A DNA stretch of 64,000 nt from Eledone cirrhosa (lineage: Eukaryota): assembly GCA_964016885.1 (NCBI GenBank), contig OZ024753.1:15252001-15316000 (forward strand), written 5' to 3'. The position numbers and the translations under genes were made by a program. The notes under the pieces were generated by a model. That model was not told the DNA's origin and searched no databases. It was given only the letters and a program-made list of their open reading frames with translations. The first letter of the stretch is position 1; each line of letters begins with the position of its first letter. Positions 13,133 to 24,600 of the stretch are shown here, piece after piece.

Positions 13133-13389
13133 GAGAGAGATATATACATATATATGCACACACACACATATATATATATAGAGAGAGAGATAGATATGTA
13201 CATATATATGCACACACACACACGCACACACATACACACACACACACACATATATATAGAGAGAGAGATAGATATGTACATATATATGCACACACACGCA
13301 CGCACACACATACACACACACACACACATATATATAGAGAGAGAGATAGATATGTACATATATATGCACACACACACACGCACACACAT

Positions 13390-13438
<49 letters not shown>

Positions 13439-13548
13439 TAGATATGTACATATATATGCACACACACGCACACATATATATATATAGAGAGAGAGAGAGA
13501 ATGTAACGTCGAGTTACTTTGGGCTAACCAGTGTGAGCACTCGATGCG

Positions 13549-13640
<92 letters not shown>
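11195..13640. repeat. Compound (CA)n/(TA)n/(GA)n microsatellite region with a loose higher-order unit
   Basis: Low-complexity CA-rich tract followed by repeated blocks of gatagatatgtaca-(TA)-(CA)-(TA)-(GA). Confidence 0.95.
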
Positions 13641-13644
<4 letters not shown>

Positions 13645-13728
13645 AAAGGTAAACAGAAATAACAACACAATCGGTACAGTATATTGAAGGTATATATTAG
13701 GTTAACGCTTGATATAGCAGGAAGAGGG

Positions 13729-13764
13729 TCATGACGTTTCGGACGCTACTCCATCATCAGATGA
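13729..13764 (-). ncRNA. Minimal Penelope-type hammerhead
   Basis: Minus strand: tcat-CTGATGA-t-GGA gtagcg TCC-GAAAC-GTC-atga. Stem III reduced to the palindrome ACGT, GUC triplet. Degenerate relatives at about 19005-19040 and 6851-6885. Confidence 0.75.
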
Positions 13765-14137
13765 AAAAATGAGAAATAAGATAGATTGAGAGGACGGGCG
13801 GGATGGAATTGGAAAAATCTATACACACACACAGGCACATACACGGATAGAGAGACAGAGAGGGGGAGAGAGGGAGAAAGAGAAAGATAGAGAGGGTGGG
13901 TGAATTGGCAGAGTTGTTAGAGCATCGAAAAGAATGTTTTTCGCATATGGTTTCCATTCTCTTTCTCTCTTTTTCCCCCTTTCTCTCTGTCTCTCCCCTT
14001 CTCTCTCTCTAAGAAGTCCTCTGTAAACTGAGATTATCTCCGTCATATTTACAGTGCCCTACACCCCAATAAAGAGTTACACGCTGAACATGTGTAAATG
14101 GCTATGATTTCTTTTATAGCTTTAATCTTATATATAT

Positions 14138-14322
14138 AATTGTTTCTACGTTTGGCACAAGGCCAGCAATTACCCAGTGCATTACTGGTACTTTATTTTA
14201 TCGACCCCGAAAGGATGAAAGGAAAAGTTAACCTCGGCGGGATTTGAACTCAGACCATAAAGGGCTGTAACTCGTTGCTGCAAAGCAACCGACCCTCTAC
14301 CGATACTGCCAATCCATCGCCC
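14138..14322 (-). mobile_element. tRNA-derived SINE (family A)
   Basis: Reverse complement of gggcg..tggcagtatcggtag..gagttcaaatccc (A/B boxes)..ctttcatcc..ggggtcgataaaataaagtaccag..ggccttgtgccaaa..gaaacaatt. Confidence 0.9.
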
Positions 14323-14429
14323 TTTAATATTATATATATAATAAATATTTATTTAGTAAAAGTTGTTTCGGTAAAAGCAGGAGGAGGCAGGAGAACGATT
14401 TCTGTGACAGCATCTTTCTTAATGTTATA

Positions 14430-14464
<35 letters not shown>

Positions 14465-14546
14465 CTTATTCCTGGTTCAATCGGGGGTAACCACAGTAAG
14501 TAAGGTACTCAATACATAGCAGAGTATAAATGTTTTAATATAGAAA

Positions 14547-14597
14547 AGCTTCTACAGGACTAGAACTGTTTCATTCGAGAAAAATCATCAGGAAGCT
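14547..14597 (-). ncRNA. Type I hammerhead ribozyme
   Basis: Minus strand: agcttc-CTGATGA-tttttctcgaat-GAAA-CAG ttctagtc CTG-TA-gaagct. Stem II is weak. Confidence 0.72.
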
Positions 14598-14645
14598 CCC
14601 TGATGATTTCTCACGAATGAAACAGTTCTAGTCCTGTAGGAGCTT
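14593..14645 (+). ncRNA. Type I hammerhead ribozyme
   Basis: aagctcc-CTGATGA(14600-14606)-tttctcacgaat-GAAA-CAG ttctagtc CTG-TA(14637-14638)-ggagctt. Perfect 7-bp stem I, GUA triplet. Confidence 0.8.
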
Positions 14646-14828
14646 ATCCTTTCGTTACTTTGGTATTGTGTGTTAGATTTTGCCTGCCACAATGTTCAAT
14701 TTGTCAAGCTATTTAAACGTATGTTATTACACTAAAGATCTACCCTGGTCGAGTGCTTTGCTAACTCATTCATATCGTAGGTCGAATTTGCTTGCACACC
14801 ACCAAAGATTCGATTTTACTAAGCCTCC

Positions 14829-14893
<65 letters not shown>

Positions 14894-15107
14894 AGAGTAT
14901 TGAAGTTTGCTTGAAGCATTGTGGAACAATAAGTAAATGTCTATAAGTCGTTTGGAAGCCTCGACAATGCAAATGGGTAAACCTCCGGGTAACAAGGTCC
15001 GGTGGTGGAGAGAGAGATGTAAGTGGGTGTACGTTGAGATGCGTGGTGTGTATAAGATGTGTGAGATGTGAGAATGGAGGGAAGAGTAAAAGGATATATA
15101 TACTAAA

Positions 15108-15144
<37 letters not shown>

Positions 15145-15287
15145 TCTGTTCGCATGCCAACACAAGAGCAAGAATGAAGTGTTCATTCTACTGACATGGC
15201 TATAAAATTGAGGCTCGTTTGCTTAATTGCAAACGAATCGAATGTTATTATTAATATTCGAAAAACTCAGATTACATTTATTATATA

Positions 15288-15319
<32 letters not shown>

Positions 15320-15320
<1 letters not shown>

Positions 15321-15974
15321 CGGCGATGAATTAGTTTTGCGAGGTTTTTTATATGAAATCGTGTGTCGAAACAGATATTGTTATATTTGGGGAGGGTCAT
15401 ATTTGCGTAATATTGCCAGAATTAATAACAGAACACACTCACTGTTTGGTTGGTTTTCGCTTCTCGCTGTCTTTTATATATATATATCTGCGATCTAACT
15501 TACTCGGTCCTCAATGTTGCCATTGACTGACCGGCGGTCAAAAATAATACAGATACAATATAGACAAACACATATATATATAGTTTACATAATTTACATA
15601 AATCTTTCGTTGCACATCTGCAACATCGTCAGTGGTGTTATATTCATTGTTCCTCCTGTTGTGTTGTATGTCTACGCCATTTTTTTTGGCGTAGACATAC
15701 AACACAACAGGAGGAACAATGAATATAACACCACTGACGATGTTGCAGATGTGCAACGAAAGATTTATGTAAACTATATATATATGTGTTTGTCTATATT
15801 GTATCTGTATTATTTTTGACCGCCGGTCAGTCAATGGCAACATTGAGGACCGAGTAAGTTAGATCGCAGATATATATATATAAAAGACAGCGAGAAGCGA
15901 AAACCAACCAAACAGTGAGTGTGTTCTGTTATTAATTCTGGCAATATTACGCAAATATGACCCTCCCCAAATAT

Positions 15975-15980
<6 letters not shown>
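15320..15980. mobile_element. Large near-perfect palindrome (arms about 300 bp) with degenerate hammerhead cores on both arms
   Basis: Arms about 15376-15678 and 15687-15980. CTGACGA(15734-15740)-t-GTTGCA gatg TGCAAC-GAAA is present but stem I is weak. The end atgaccctccccaaatataacaata is shared with the 2693 and 20483 elements. Confidence 0.85.
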
Positions 15981-16015
<35 letters not shown>

Positions 16016-16123
16016 AAAAGAGAGTCAGAATCCCGACGGCTGAGCTCCGGCCGTTTCGACAGCTAGATCTGACGCTTTTGCTATTACCCACACTACTACA
16101 CTAAGTTTCGAGTACTCTGGTGC

Positions 16124-16168
<45 letters not shown>

Positions 16169-16257
16169 CGGAGATAGAGAGAAGGGGAGAGAGAGTGACA
16201 GAGGCGGAAAGAGAGAGACAGAGAGGGAGTGAGGCAGAGAGAGAGAGAGAGGGAGTG

Positions 16258-16289
<32 letters not shown>

Positions 16290-16507
16290 GTGAGAGGGAA
16301 TAAGAGAAGGATGGTGTATTCCATTCGTAGCTATAGCTGGTAGAAGGCTGAGCTAAGATCTAGGAGACAGTAGTTCTCACGTAAAGGTAACTTTGCCATA
16401 AGTATCTCTTTAATTTACAAGACGGTATTTCTACTTATCTGAGCCTGTGTCTGTGTGTGCGGCATATATTGATTCACTCTACACTGGTGGGTGTGTATAT
16501 ATATATA

Positions 16508-17009
16508 TGTTCTGCTTATATTAATATTATAGTTCTGGTATGTCAAATTGATACCATAGAACAACCTTAAATCATAGACAACCTATGTATTTCCAGGGGT
16601 ACTTAGTACCCACGGGCTTACTAACTTCTTCTATCACCCTCCATTTGTTGAGAACAACCACGTTGATTCTATTTAGCTGCTATTTTTAGTAACAAGATAG
16701 ACAACACGTCTATGTTTTTCCCGCTTTAACCTCGGGTAGTTCACGTACAGGTCATTTTTCGGCCTTTTGGATCTGTGCTAGCTGGCAGATAACAATATAT
16801 TTTATCGTTCCTGGGTCTTTAGCCCTAGGAAAGGAAAATGCTTCTCTGATGAGCCTTGATTTTCCATTAGAAATCCATTGGGTCTCTGGTGTTTTACAAG
16901 GCGAAACCGATCGGTAAGAGCCATATGAATAGGTAAATATTTAAATTATATTTTTTAATTTATTTTAAAAAATTGGTTGAATTTTGCTTGTTCTGCTTAT
17001 ATTAATATA
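16508..17009 (+). mobile_element. Penelope-like pLTR-type fragment with a 20-bp direct terminal repeat and a hammerhead
   Basis: tgttctgcttatattaatat occurs at both ends (about 16508 and 16990), (TA)n flanks, internal hammerhead. Confidence 0.65.
16842..16920 (+). ncRNA. Type I hammerhead ribozyme
   Basis: ttct-CTGATGA(16846-16852)-GCCTTG...CAAGGC-GAAA(16903-16906)-CCGATCGG-TA-agag. Canonical G-C closing pair of stem II, palindromic stem III ACCGATCGGT, GUA triplet. Confidence 0.88.
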
Positions 17010-17025
17010 TATATATATATATATA

Positions 17026-17235
17026 TGACGAAGGAATTGTGGTAAGGAACCAGATGGACCATAACGCACCAGAGTACTCAATACTTAGAGCAGTAGAGTG
17101 GGTAATAGGGAAAAGGTATGACCCCCGACGGCAGAGCTCAAGCCGTTTCGACGGCTATTTCTATCTAGAAATATTTGAGTCCAGAAATAGCCGTCGAAAC
17201 GGCTTGAGCTCTGCCGTCGGGGTCATACCTTTTCC

Positions 17236-17237
<2 letters not shown>
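17026..17237. mobile_element. Copy of the half-hammerhead hairpin family
   Basis: Same tail and gaccccgacggc..gccgtcggggtc palindrome as 3939-4133, in the opposite orientation. Confidence 0.8.
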
Positions 17238-17268
<31 letters not shown>

Positions 17269-17284
17269 ATGTGTGTGTGTGTTT

Positions 17285-17315
<31 letters not shown>

Positions 17316-17370
17316 GGAGTTTATATAAGAATGCACACCTGTTATTATATATACAGGTATATATATACAG

Positions 17371-17417
<47 letters not shown>

Positions 17418-17475
17418 CTGTGAGTTTATAAGAATGCACACCTGTTATTATATATACAGGTATATATATATACAC

Positions 17476-17506
<31 letters not shown>

Positions 17507-17711
17507 CGTCATATTGGTTCTCTCTATACTGGTGTGTATATATATATATATATATATTTATATAAATATATATATATGTGTGTGTGAGTGTGTGTGTGTG
17601 CGTCTGTGTGTGCGTCAAAATAGTTCTCTCTACATTAGTGTATGTATATATATATACATATATATGTGTGTGTGTGTGTGTTCGTGTGTTCGTGTGTGTG
17701 TGTGTGTTCGT

Positions 17712-17747
<36 letters not shown>

Positions 17748-18058
17748 TTATATAACACAGGACACCTGTTAGTGGAATATATAGTATGTATGTGTGTAGG
17801 CGTGTATCAACGTATTTACGACTGTTATTGATCCAGCGAGTCTCAAAACACTCAACTGACAGCCTAACACAAACTGTACTCCTGAGCAGCTCTCGGCAAA
17901 TCAAACACGTACCACCCATCATTCGTATCCCGGCTGTAACGGCCGCCAAATAGGGAAGACATGTTATCAAGCTGCGGCTGTCATATAACATACCTTCTAT
18001 ATAATACAAGCTAAAAAAGCTTTTATTATCTAAATACTATGGTTTCTGTCGAATAGCG

Positions 18059-18375
18059 AATGTGCATGGCTTAGTGGTTAGAGAATTGGATTCACAATCA
18101 TGAGGTTACACGTTTGATTCTCAGATCGGGTGATGCATTATGTCCTTGAGCAAGATACTTTATTTCATTTTGCTCCTTCTGCCAGGAGTTGCGATGGAAA
18201 AATCAAGAGAAACATTGTTTCCTGGGTCTCATCTGGCGAGTTCCACCCCATTTTTCTTTTACTGGTTTCAGGTGTTAGAGTACGTCAATGCGAGGACCCC
18301 ACCTTCACGGCAATTATTATATCGACCCCCAGGGCGCATTTTATTTCGAGACTGGTGATTATATCATCAGTTACC
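18059..18375 (+). mobile_element. tRNA-derived SINE (family B, CORE-like domain), degenerate
   Basis: A-box tggcttagtggttag, B-box-like gtttgattc, then tgtccttgagcaagatactttatttca. Confidence 0.7.
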
Positions 18376-18847
18376 TTCTCTTGAAACCTAACTACACACA
18401 CAAGCACAAACACACACATACACATGTTAAGATACACACTCACATACAAAAGCACATATACATCCATTTACACACGCACACACAATTACACACACACCCA
18501 TACACAAAGGTACATACAAACATTTACACATACACAAAGTGTGAAACGTAACTACACACACATACACATGTTAACACACACACACACACATATATACACC
18601 CAATTACACACACGCACACACATATATTTACACGCACAAACACATGGAGACACACATACACAAACACATATATACACGAACACACACACTTACAAAGAAA
18701 CATTCACCCCGACACCTACTTACACAGACATATGTAGGACGGACTTGTACATTTTATTAACAAGGTATTGGTCAATCGGAGTTTACGGTAGAACATCTTA
18801 ACCATGCCTATATGTGTATATACATGTGTATATACACACACTCACAA

Positions 18848-18915
<68 letters not shown>

Positions 18916-19170
18916 ATAAAGTAAATAGAAATTAAAAAAACAAAATAAATTATACAGTACAATGAAGAGATATATTAGTTTCACGCTTAAAATAGTAGGA
19001 AAAGAGTCATAACATTTCGGACGCTAGTCCTTCATCAGAAAATAGAATGAGAAATTAAAGAATTAGAAAGTTAGATGAGAGTGAGCAGAGGCAGATGAGA
19101 GTGAGCAGAGCAGAGTCGAAACAGCTTGAGCTCTGCCGTCGGGGTCATACATATTCCTATATATATATAA

Positions 19171-19467
19171 TGAGTTAAAGACTTCGTTGATATATAATCA
19201 GCTGAGTTATGTTTATAACAGATACGAAGCACTCGACAGATTATACTTAACTGGAGTATTATGATAATAATAGTAATAAACGAAAGATATAACTTTATAA
19301 CATCACTATTTATTTCATTATATATATTTCGGGGATGCAAACATTTTGTCTGAAGAAGGCATGCTCTGATTTATGTTAAACATAAATGTTTGCATCCCCG
19401 AAATATATATAATGAAATAAATAGTGATGTTATAAAGTTATATCTTTCGTTTATCACTAATATTATA
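19171..19467. mobile_element. Fold-back element with a possible degenerate hammerhead
   Basis: Arms about 19265-19346 and 19385-19465 are inverted. CTGAAGA at 19350-19356 and GAAA-tatata-TA at 19400 are present, but stem I is not evident. Confidence 0.65.
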
Positions 19468-20114
19468 TATACACATATATACCTGTTTGTCTGTATATAT
19501 GAACATAATAAAAACACGACAATTGGACATACAAAAATCTCCTAAATCCTAAATCTAGAGTAAGGGTGCCGTTGAATCTGAGCTTTAAATCAACCCCGAC
19601 GGAGCAGTTTTATAAAGAAAGTATTCCACCTGTAATTAGAGAATCGTTTAAGAGGTATCGTTGTATACATGAAATAATGTATCGTTCTAAATCTTAAGAT
19701 TAGAGTTGGATTTGAGTCCATATTGGTTTCTACTGCCATGTCTAGCATCCACGTAGAGGGTCCCTCGTTAAAGGAACACAAAATCTATTTCTAAAGAATG
19801 AAGTATATTTATTGAGTACTGTGTACGTGACGTAATTAAGAATGCCCCCCCCCCCCCACAAACACATTATTTGAAGCGATAACCTAATACATTCCTTCCA
19901 TATACTGTACCGATTGTGTTGTTATTTCTGTTTACCTTTCATATATATATATATATATACATACATATATATATATATATACATACATATATATATATAT
20001 ATACATACATATATATATATATACATACATATATATATATATATATACATACATATATATATATATATATACATACATATATATATATATATATACATAC
20101 ATATATATATATAT

Positions 20115-20169
<55 letters not shown>

Positions 20170-20212
20170 CATACATATATATATATATATATACATACAT
20201 ATATATATATAT

Positions 20213-20243
<31 letters not shown>

Positions 20244-20338
20244 CATACATATATATATATATATATACATACATATATATATATATATACATACATATAT
20301 ATATATATATATATACATACATATATATATATATATAT

Positions 20339-20383
<45 letters not shown>

Positions 20384-20427
20384 CATATATATATATACAT
20401 ACATATATATATATATACATACATACT

Positions 20428-20482
<55 letters not shown>

Positions 20483-20484
<2 letters not shown>

Positions 20485-20900
20485 TTTCTGAAACATCACA
20501 ACTCACAATTAAGGACAAAATGAAAACATACACACATAGAATAAACAACTAACCAGTAACATATAAATAAACAAATAAAAACACACACCAGACACCCGGA
20601 TGTAACACATGCGCAAACTAAGCACACAACACACACAAAAACAAGATGGCGTAGGACAGAACAAAGGAGAGGCACAGAACAAAGAAAAGAATCCCCAGTC
20701 ACTGAACTGAAGAGGTCACAGAATGTGTGACGAAAGAACTTTGACAATATATGAACAACCGTCCTGGTGGTGGAACCAATCAGCCAACCGGAAATTTATA
20801 AATTTTTAAATTCATAATTTAATTTATAATAAATTGAAGTGAGAACTGCTGGTGCGTGTGTTTCTTATTGGCAACATGACCCTCCCAAAGTATAACAATA
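20483..20900 (+). mobile_element. Non-palindromic copy of the 2693 family with hammerhead at 20698-20745
   Basis: gtca-ctgaa-CTGAAGA-g-GTCACAgaatgTGTGAC-GAAA-gaac-TT-tgac (5-nt duplication before the core). Ends ggcaacatgaccctcccaaagtataacaata(TA)n. Confidence 0.72.
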
Positions 20901-21678
20901 TATATATATATTATACTACAATCTGTCTAGCTCTACCCCTCGATACCGATGCTCATCCGGGGGAACCTACAGTAACTCCGCGTTACATTCCCTGGACTGG
21001 ATATATATATATATATATATATATATGTCTGTGTGTGTATACATATGTGTATATATATATATATTATATATATGAGTAGTTGGCAGTGAGAGGGAAAGGT
21101 ATTTAACCAGGAAGAATATGCAATGTTTTCTGATTCAGGCACAAGGCTAACTGTATTAGAGGGGAAAGTCGATTAAATGGACCCCAGTGCATTACTGGTA
21201 CTTCATTTTATCGACCCGTAATGATGAAAGGCAAAGCTAACCCAGGCGGGATTTGAACCCAGAACTTAAAAGGCCATAACTCTATGCCACAAATCATGTC
21301 ATCCGAATTTAGAATGAAAAATAGACCTAAATACATATGAAATAGAATGTACATATTTATAATTTTATCGATCTGTCATCATGTAAGTTACTCTTCTTTT
21401 CTTGAGACACACAACTAATATTTAATATCTCAGTGGTGTTTATAATTTATTAGACCTAACATTCAGTTCAATTTGCGAAGATATTCCAACCGTGACTATC
21501 CTGACTTTTATTTCAAACATAGTTTTGCTTATTACGATTACATTTCCCAAAATTAATTATTCCAAACGATAAGTATTTATTATTCAAATATATTCATATA
21601 TACGCAGTCAATCTCTTGGATTTTTACGAAGTGCTGAGGAGATGAAGAAGTTAAGGGGCGAAATGCTTGAGGGGGGGA

Positions 21679-24600
21679 TTTCTTCTCTGAAGAACCTCTG
21701 CTGTCCAACTCTCCTCAGAGTTTCTTCTCTGAAGACTGTCTGCTGTCCAGCTCTCCTCAGAGTTTCTTCTCTGAAAACCGTCTGCTGTCCAACTCTCCTC
21801 AGAGTTTCTTCTCTGAAAACGTCTGCTGTCCAACTCTCCTCAGAGTTTCTTCTCTGAAGACCGTCTGCTCTACAACTCTCCTCAGAGTTTCTTCTCTGAA
21901 GACCGTCTGCTCTACAACTCTCCTCAGAGTTTCTTCTCTGAAAACCGTCTGCTGTCCAACTCTCCTGAAAGTTTCTTCTCTGAAGACCGTCTGCTGTCCA
22001 ACTCTCTTCAGAGTTTCTTCTCTGAAGACCGTCTGCTGTCCAACTCTCCTCAGAGTTTCTTCTCTGAAGACCGTCTGCTCTACAACTCTCCTCAGAGTTT
22101 CTTCTCTGAAAACCGTCTGCTGTCCAACTCTCCTCAGAGTTTCTTCTCTGAAAACCGTCTGCTGTCCAACTCTCCTCAGAGTTTCTTCTCTGAAGACCGT
22201 CTGCTGTCCAACTCTCCTCAGAGTTTCTTCTCTGAAGACCGTCTGCTCTACAACTCTCCTCAGAGTTTCTTCTCTGAAAACCGTCTGGTGTCCAACTCTC
22301 CTGAAAGTTTCTTCTCTGAAGACCGTCTGCTGTCCAACTCTCTTCAGAGTTTCTTCTCTGAAGACCGTCTGCTGTCCAACTCTCCTCAGAGTTTCTTCTC
22401 TGAAGACCATCTGCTGTCCAACTCTCCTCAGAGTTTCTTCTCTGAAAACCGTCTGCTGTCCAACTCTCCTCAGAGTTTCTTCTCTGAAAACCGTCTGCTC
22501 TCCAACTCTCCTGAGAGTTTCTTCTCTGAAGACCGTCTGCTGTCCAACTCTCCTCAGAGTTTCTTCTCTGGAGACCGTCTGCTGTCCAACTCTCCTGAGA
22601 GTTTCTTCTCTAAGACCGTCTGCTGTCCAACTCTCTTGAGAGTTTCTTCTCTGAAGACCCTCTGCTGTCCAACTCTCCTCAGAGTTTCTTCTCTGAATAC
22701 CGTCTGCTGTCCAACTCTCCTCAGAGTTTCTTCTCTGAATACCGTCTGCTGTCCAACTCTCCTCAGAGTTTCTTCTCTGAAGACCGTCTGCTCTCCAACA
22801 CTCCTGGGAGTTTCTTCTCTGAAGACCGTCTGCTGTCCAACTCTCCTCAGAGTTTCTTCTCTGAAGACCGTCTGCTGTCCAACTCTCCTGAGAGTTTCTT
22901 CTCTGAATACCGTCTGCTGTCCAACTCTCCTCAGAGTTTCTTCTCTGAAGACCGTCTGCTGTCCAACTCTCATCAGATTTTCTTCTCTGAAAACCGTCTG
23001 CTCTCCAACTCTCCTGAGAGTTTCTTCTCTGAAGACCGTCTGCTGTCCAACTCTCCTCAGAGTTTCTTCTCTGAATACCGTCTGCTGTCCAACTCTCCTC
23101 AGAGTTTCTTCTCTGAAAACCGTCTGCTCTCCAACTCTCCCGAGAGCTTCTTCTCTGAATACCGTCTGCTGTCCAACTCTCCTCAGAGTTTCTTCTCTGA
23201 AGACCGTCTGTTGTCCAACTCTCCTCAGAGTTTCTTCTCTGAATACCGTCTGCTGTCCAACTCTCCTCAGAGTTTCTTCTCTGAAGACCGTCTGCTGTCC
23301 AACTCTCCTCAGAGTTTCATCTCTGAAAACCGTCTGCTGTCCAACTCTCCTGAGAGTTTCTTCTCTGAATACCGTCTGCTGTCCAACTCTCCTCAGAGTT
23401 TCTTCTCTGAATACCGTCTGCTGTCCAACTCTCATCAGATTTTCTTCTCTGAAAACCGTCTGCTCTCCAACTCTCCTGAGAGTTTCTTCTCTGAAGACCG
23501 TCTGCTGTCCAACTCTCCTCAGAGTTTCTTCTCTGAAAACCGTCTGCTCTCCAACTCTCCTGAGAGCTTCTTCTCTGAATACCGTCTGCTGTCCAACTCT
23601 CCTCAGAGTTTCTTCTCTGAAGACCATCTGTTGTCCAACTCTCCTCAGAGTTTCTTCTCTGAATACCGTCTGCTGTCCAACTCTCCTCAGAGTTTCTTCT
23701 CTGAAGACCGTCTGCTGTCCAACTCTCCTCAGAGTTTCATCTCTGAAAACCGTCTGCTGTCCAACTCTCCTCAGAGTTTCTTCTCTGAAGACCTTCTGCT
23801 GTCCAACTCTCCTCAGAGGTTCTTCTCTGAAGACCGTCTGCTGTCCAACTCTCCTCAGAGTTTCTTCTCTGAAAACCGTCTGCTGTCCCACTCTCCTGAG
23901 AGTTTCTTCTCTGAAGACCTTCTGCTGTCCAACTCTCCTCAGAGTTTCTTCTCTGAAGACCGTCTGCTGTCCAACTCTCCTGAGAGTTTCTTCTCTGAAG
24001 ACCGTCTGCTGTCCAACTCACCTCAGAGTTTCTTCTCCGAAGACCGTCTGCTGTCCAACTCTCCTCAGAGTTTCTTCTCTGAAAACCGTCTGCTGTCCAA
24101 CTCTCCTCAGAGTTTCTTCTCTGAATAGCGTCTGCTGTCCAACTCTCCTGAGAGTTTCTTCTCTGAAGACCGTCTGCTGTCCAACTCTCCTCAGAGTTTC
24201 ATCTCTGAAAACCGTCTGCTGTCCAACTCTCCTGAGAGTTTCTTCTCTGAAAACCGTCTGCTGTCCAACTCTCCTGAGAGTTTCTTCTCTGAAGACCTTC
24301 TGCTGTCCAACTCTCTTCAGAGTTTCTTCTCTGAAAACCGTCTGCTGTCCAACTCTCCTCAAAGTTTCTTCTCTGAAGACCGTCTGTTGTCCAACTCTCC
24401 TCAGAGTTTCTTCTCTGAATACCGTCTGCTGTCCAACTCTCCTCAGAGTTTCTTCTCTGAAGATCGTCTGCTGTCCAACTCTCCTCAGAGTTTCATCTCT
24501 GAAAACCGTCTGCTGTCCAACTCTCCTCAGAGTTTCTTCTCTGAAGACCTTCTGCTGTCCAACTCTCCTCAGAGGTTCTTCTCTGAAGACCGTCTGCTGT

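Larger units (their letters stand above)
14462..14832. mobile_element. Fold-back double-hammerhead element; right tail also found at 38281-38472 and 55890-56086
   Basis: Two divergent hammerheads share a central agct. The left tail matches 8835-8930. The right tail ttcgttactttgg..tgtcaagctatttaaacgtatgttattac..ttttactaagcctccaatt recurs twice more. Confidence 0.8.
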
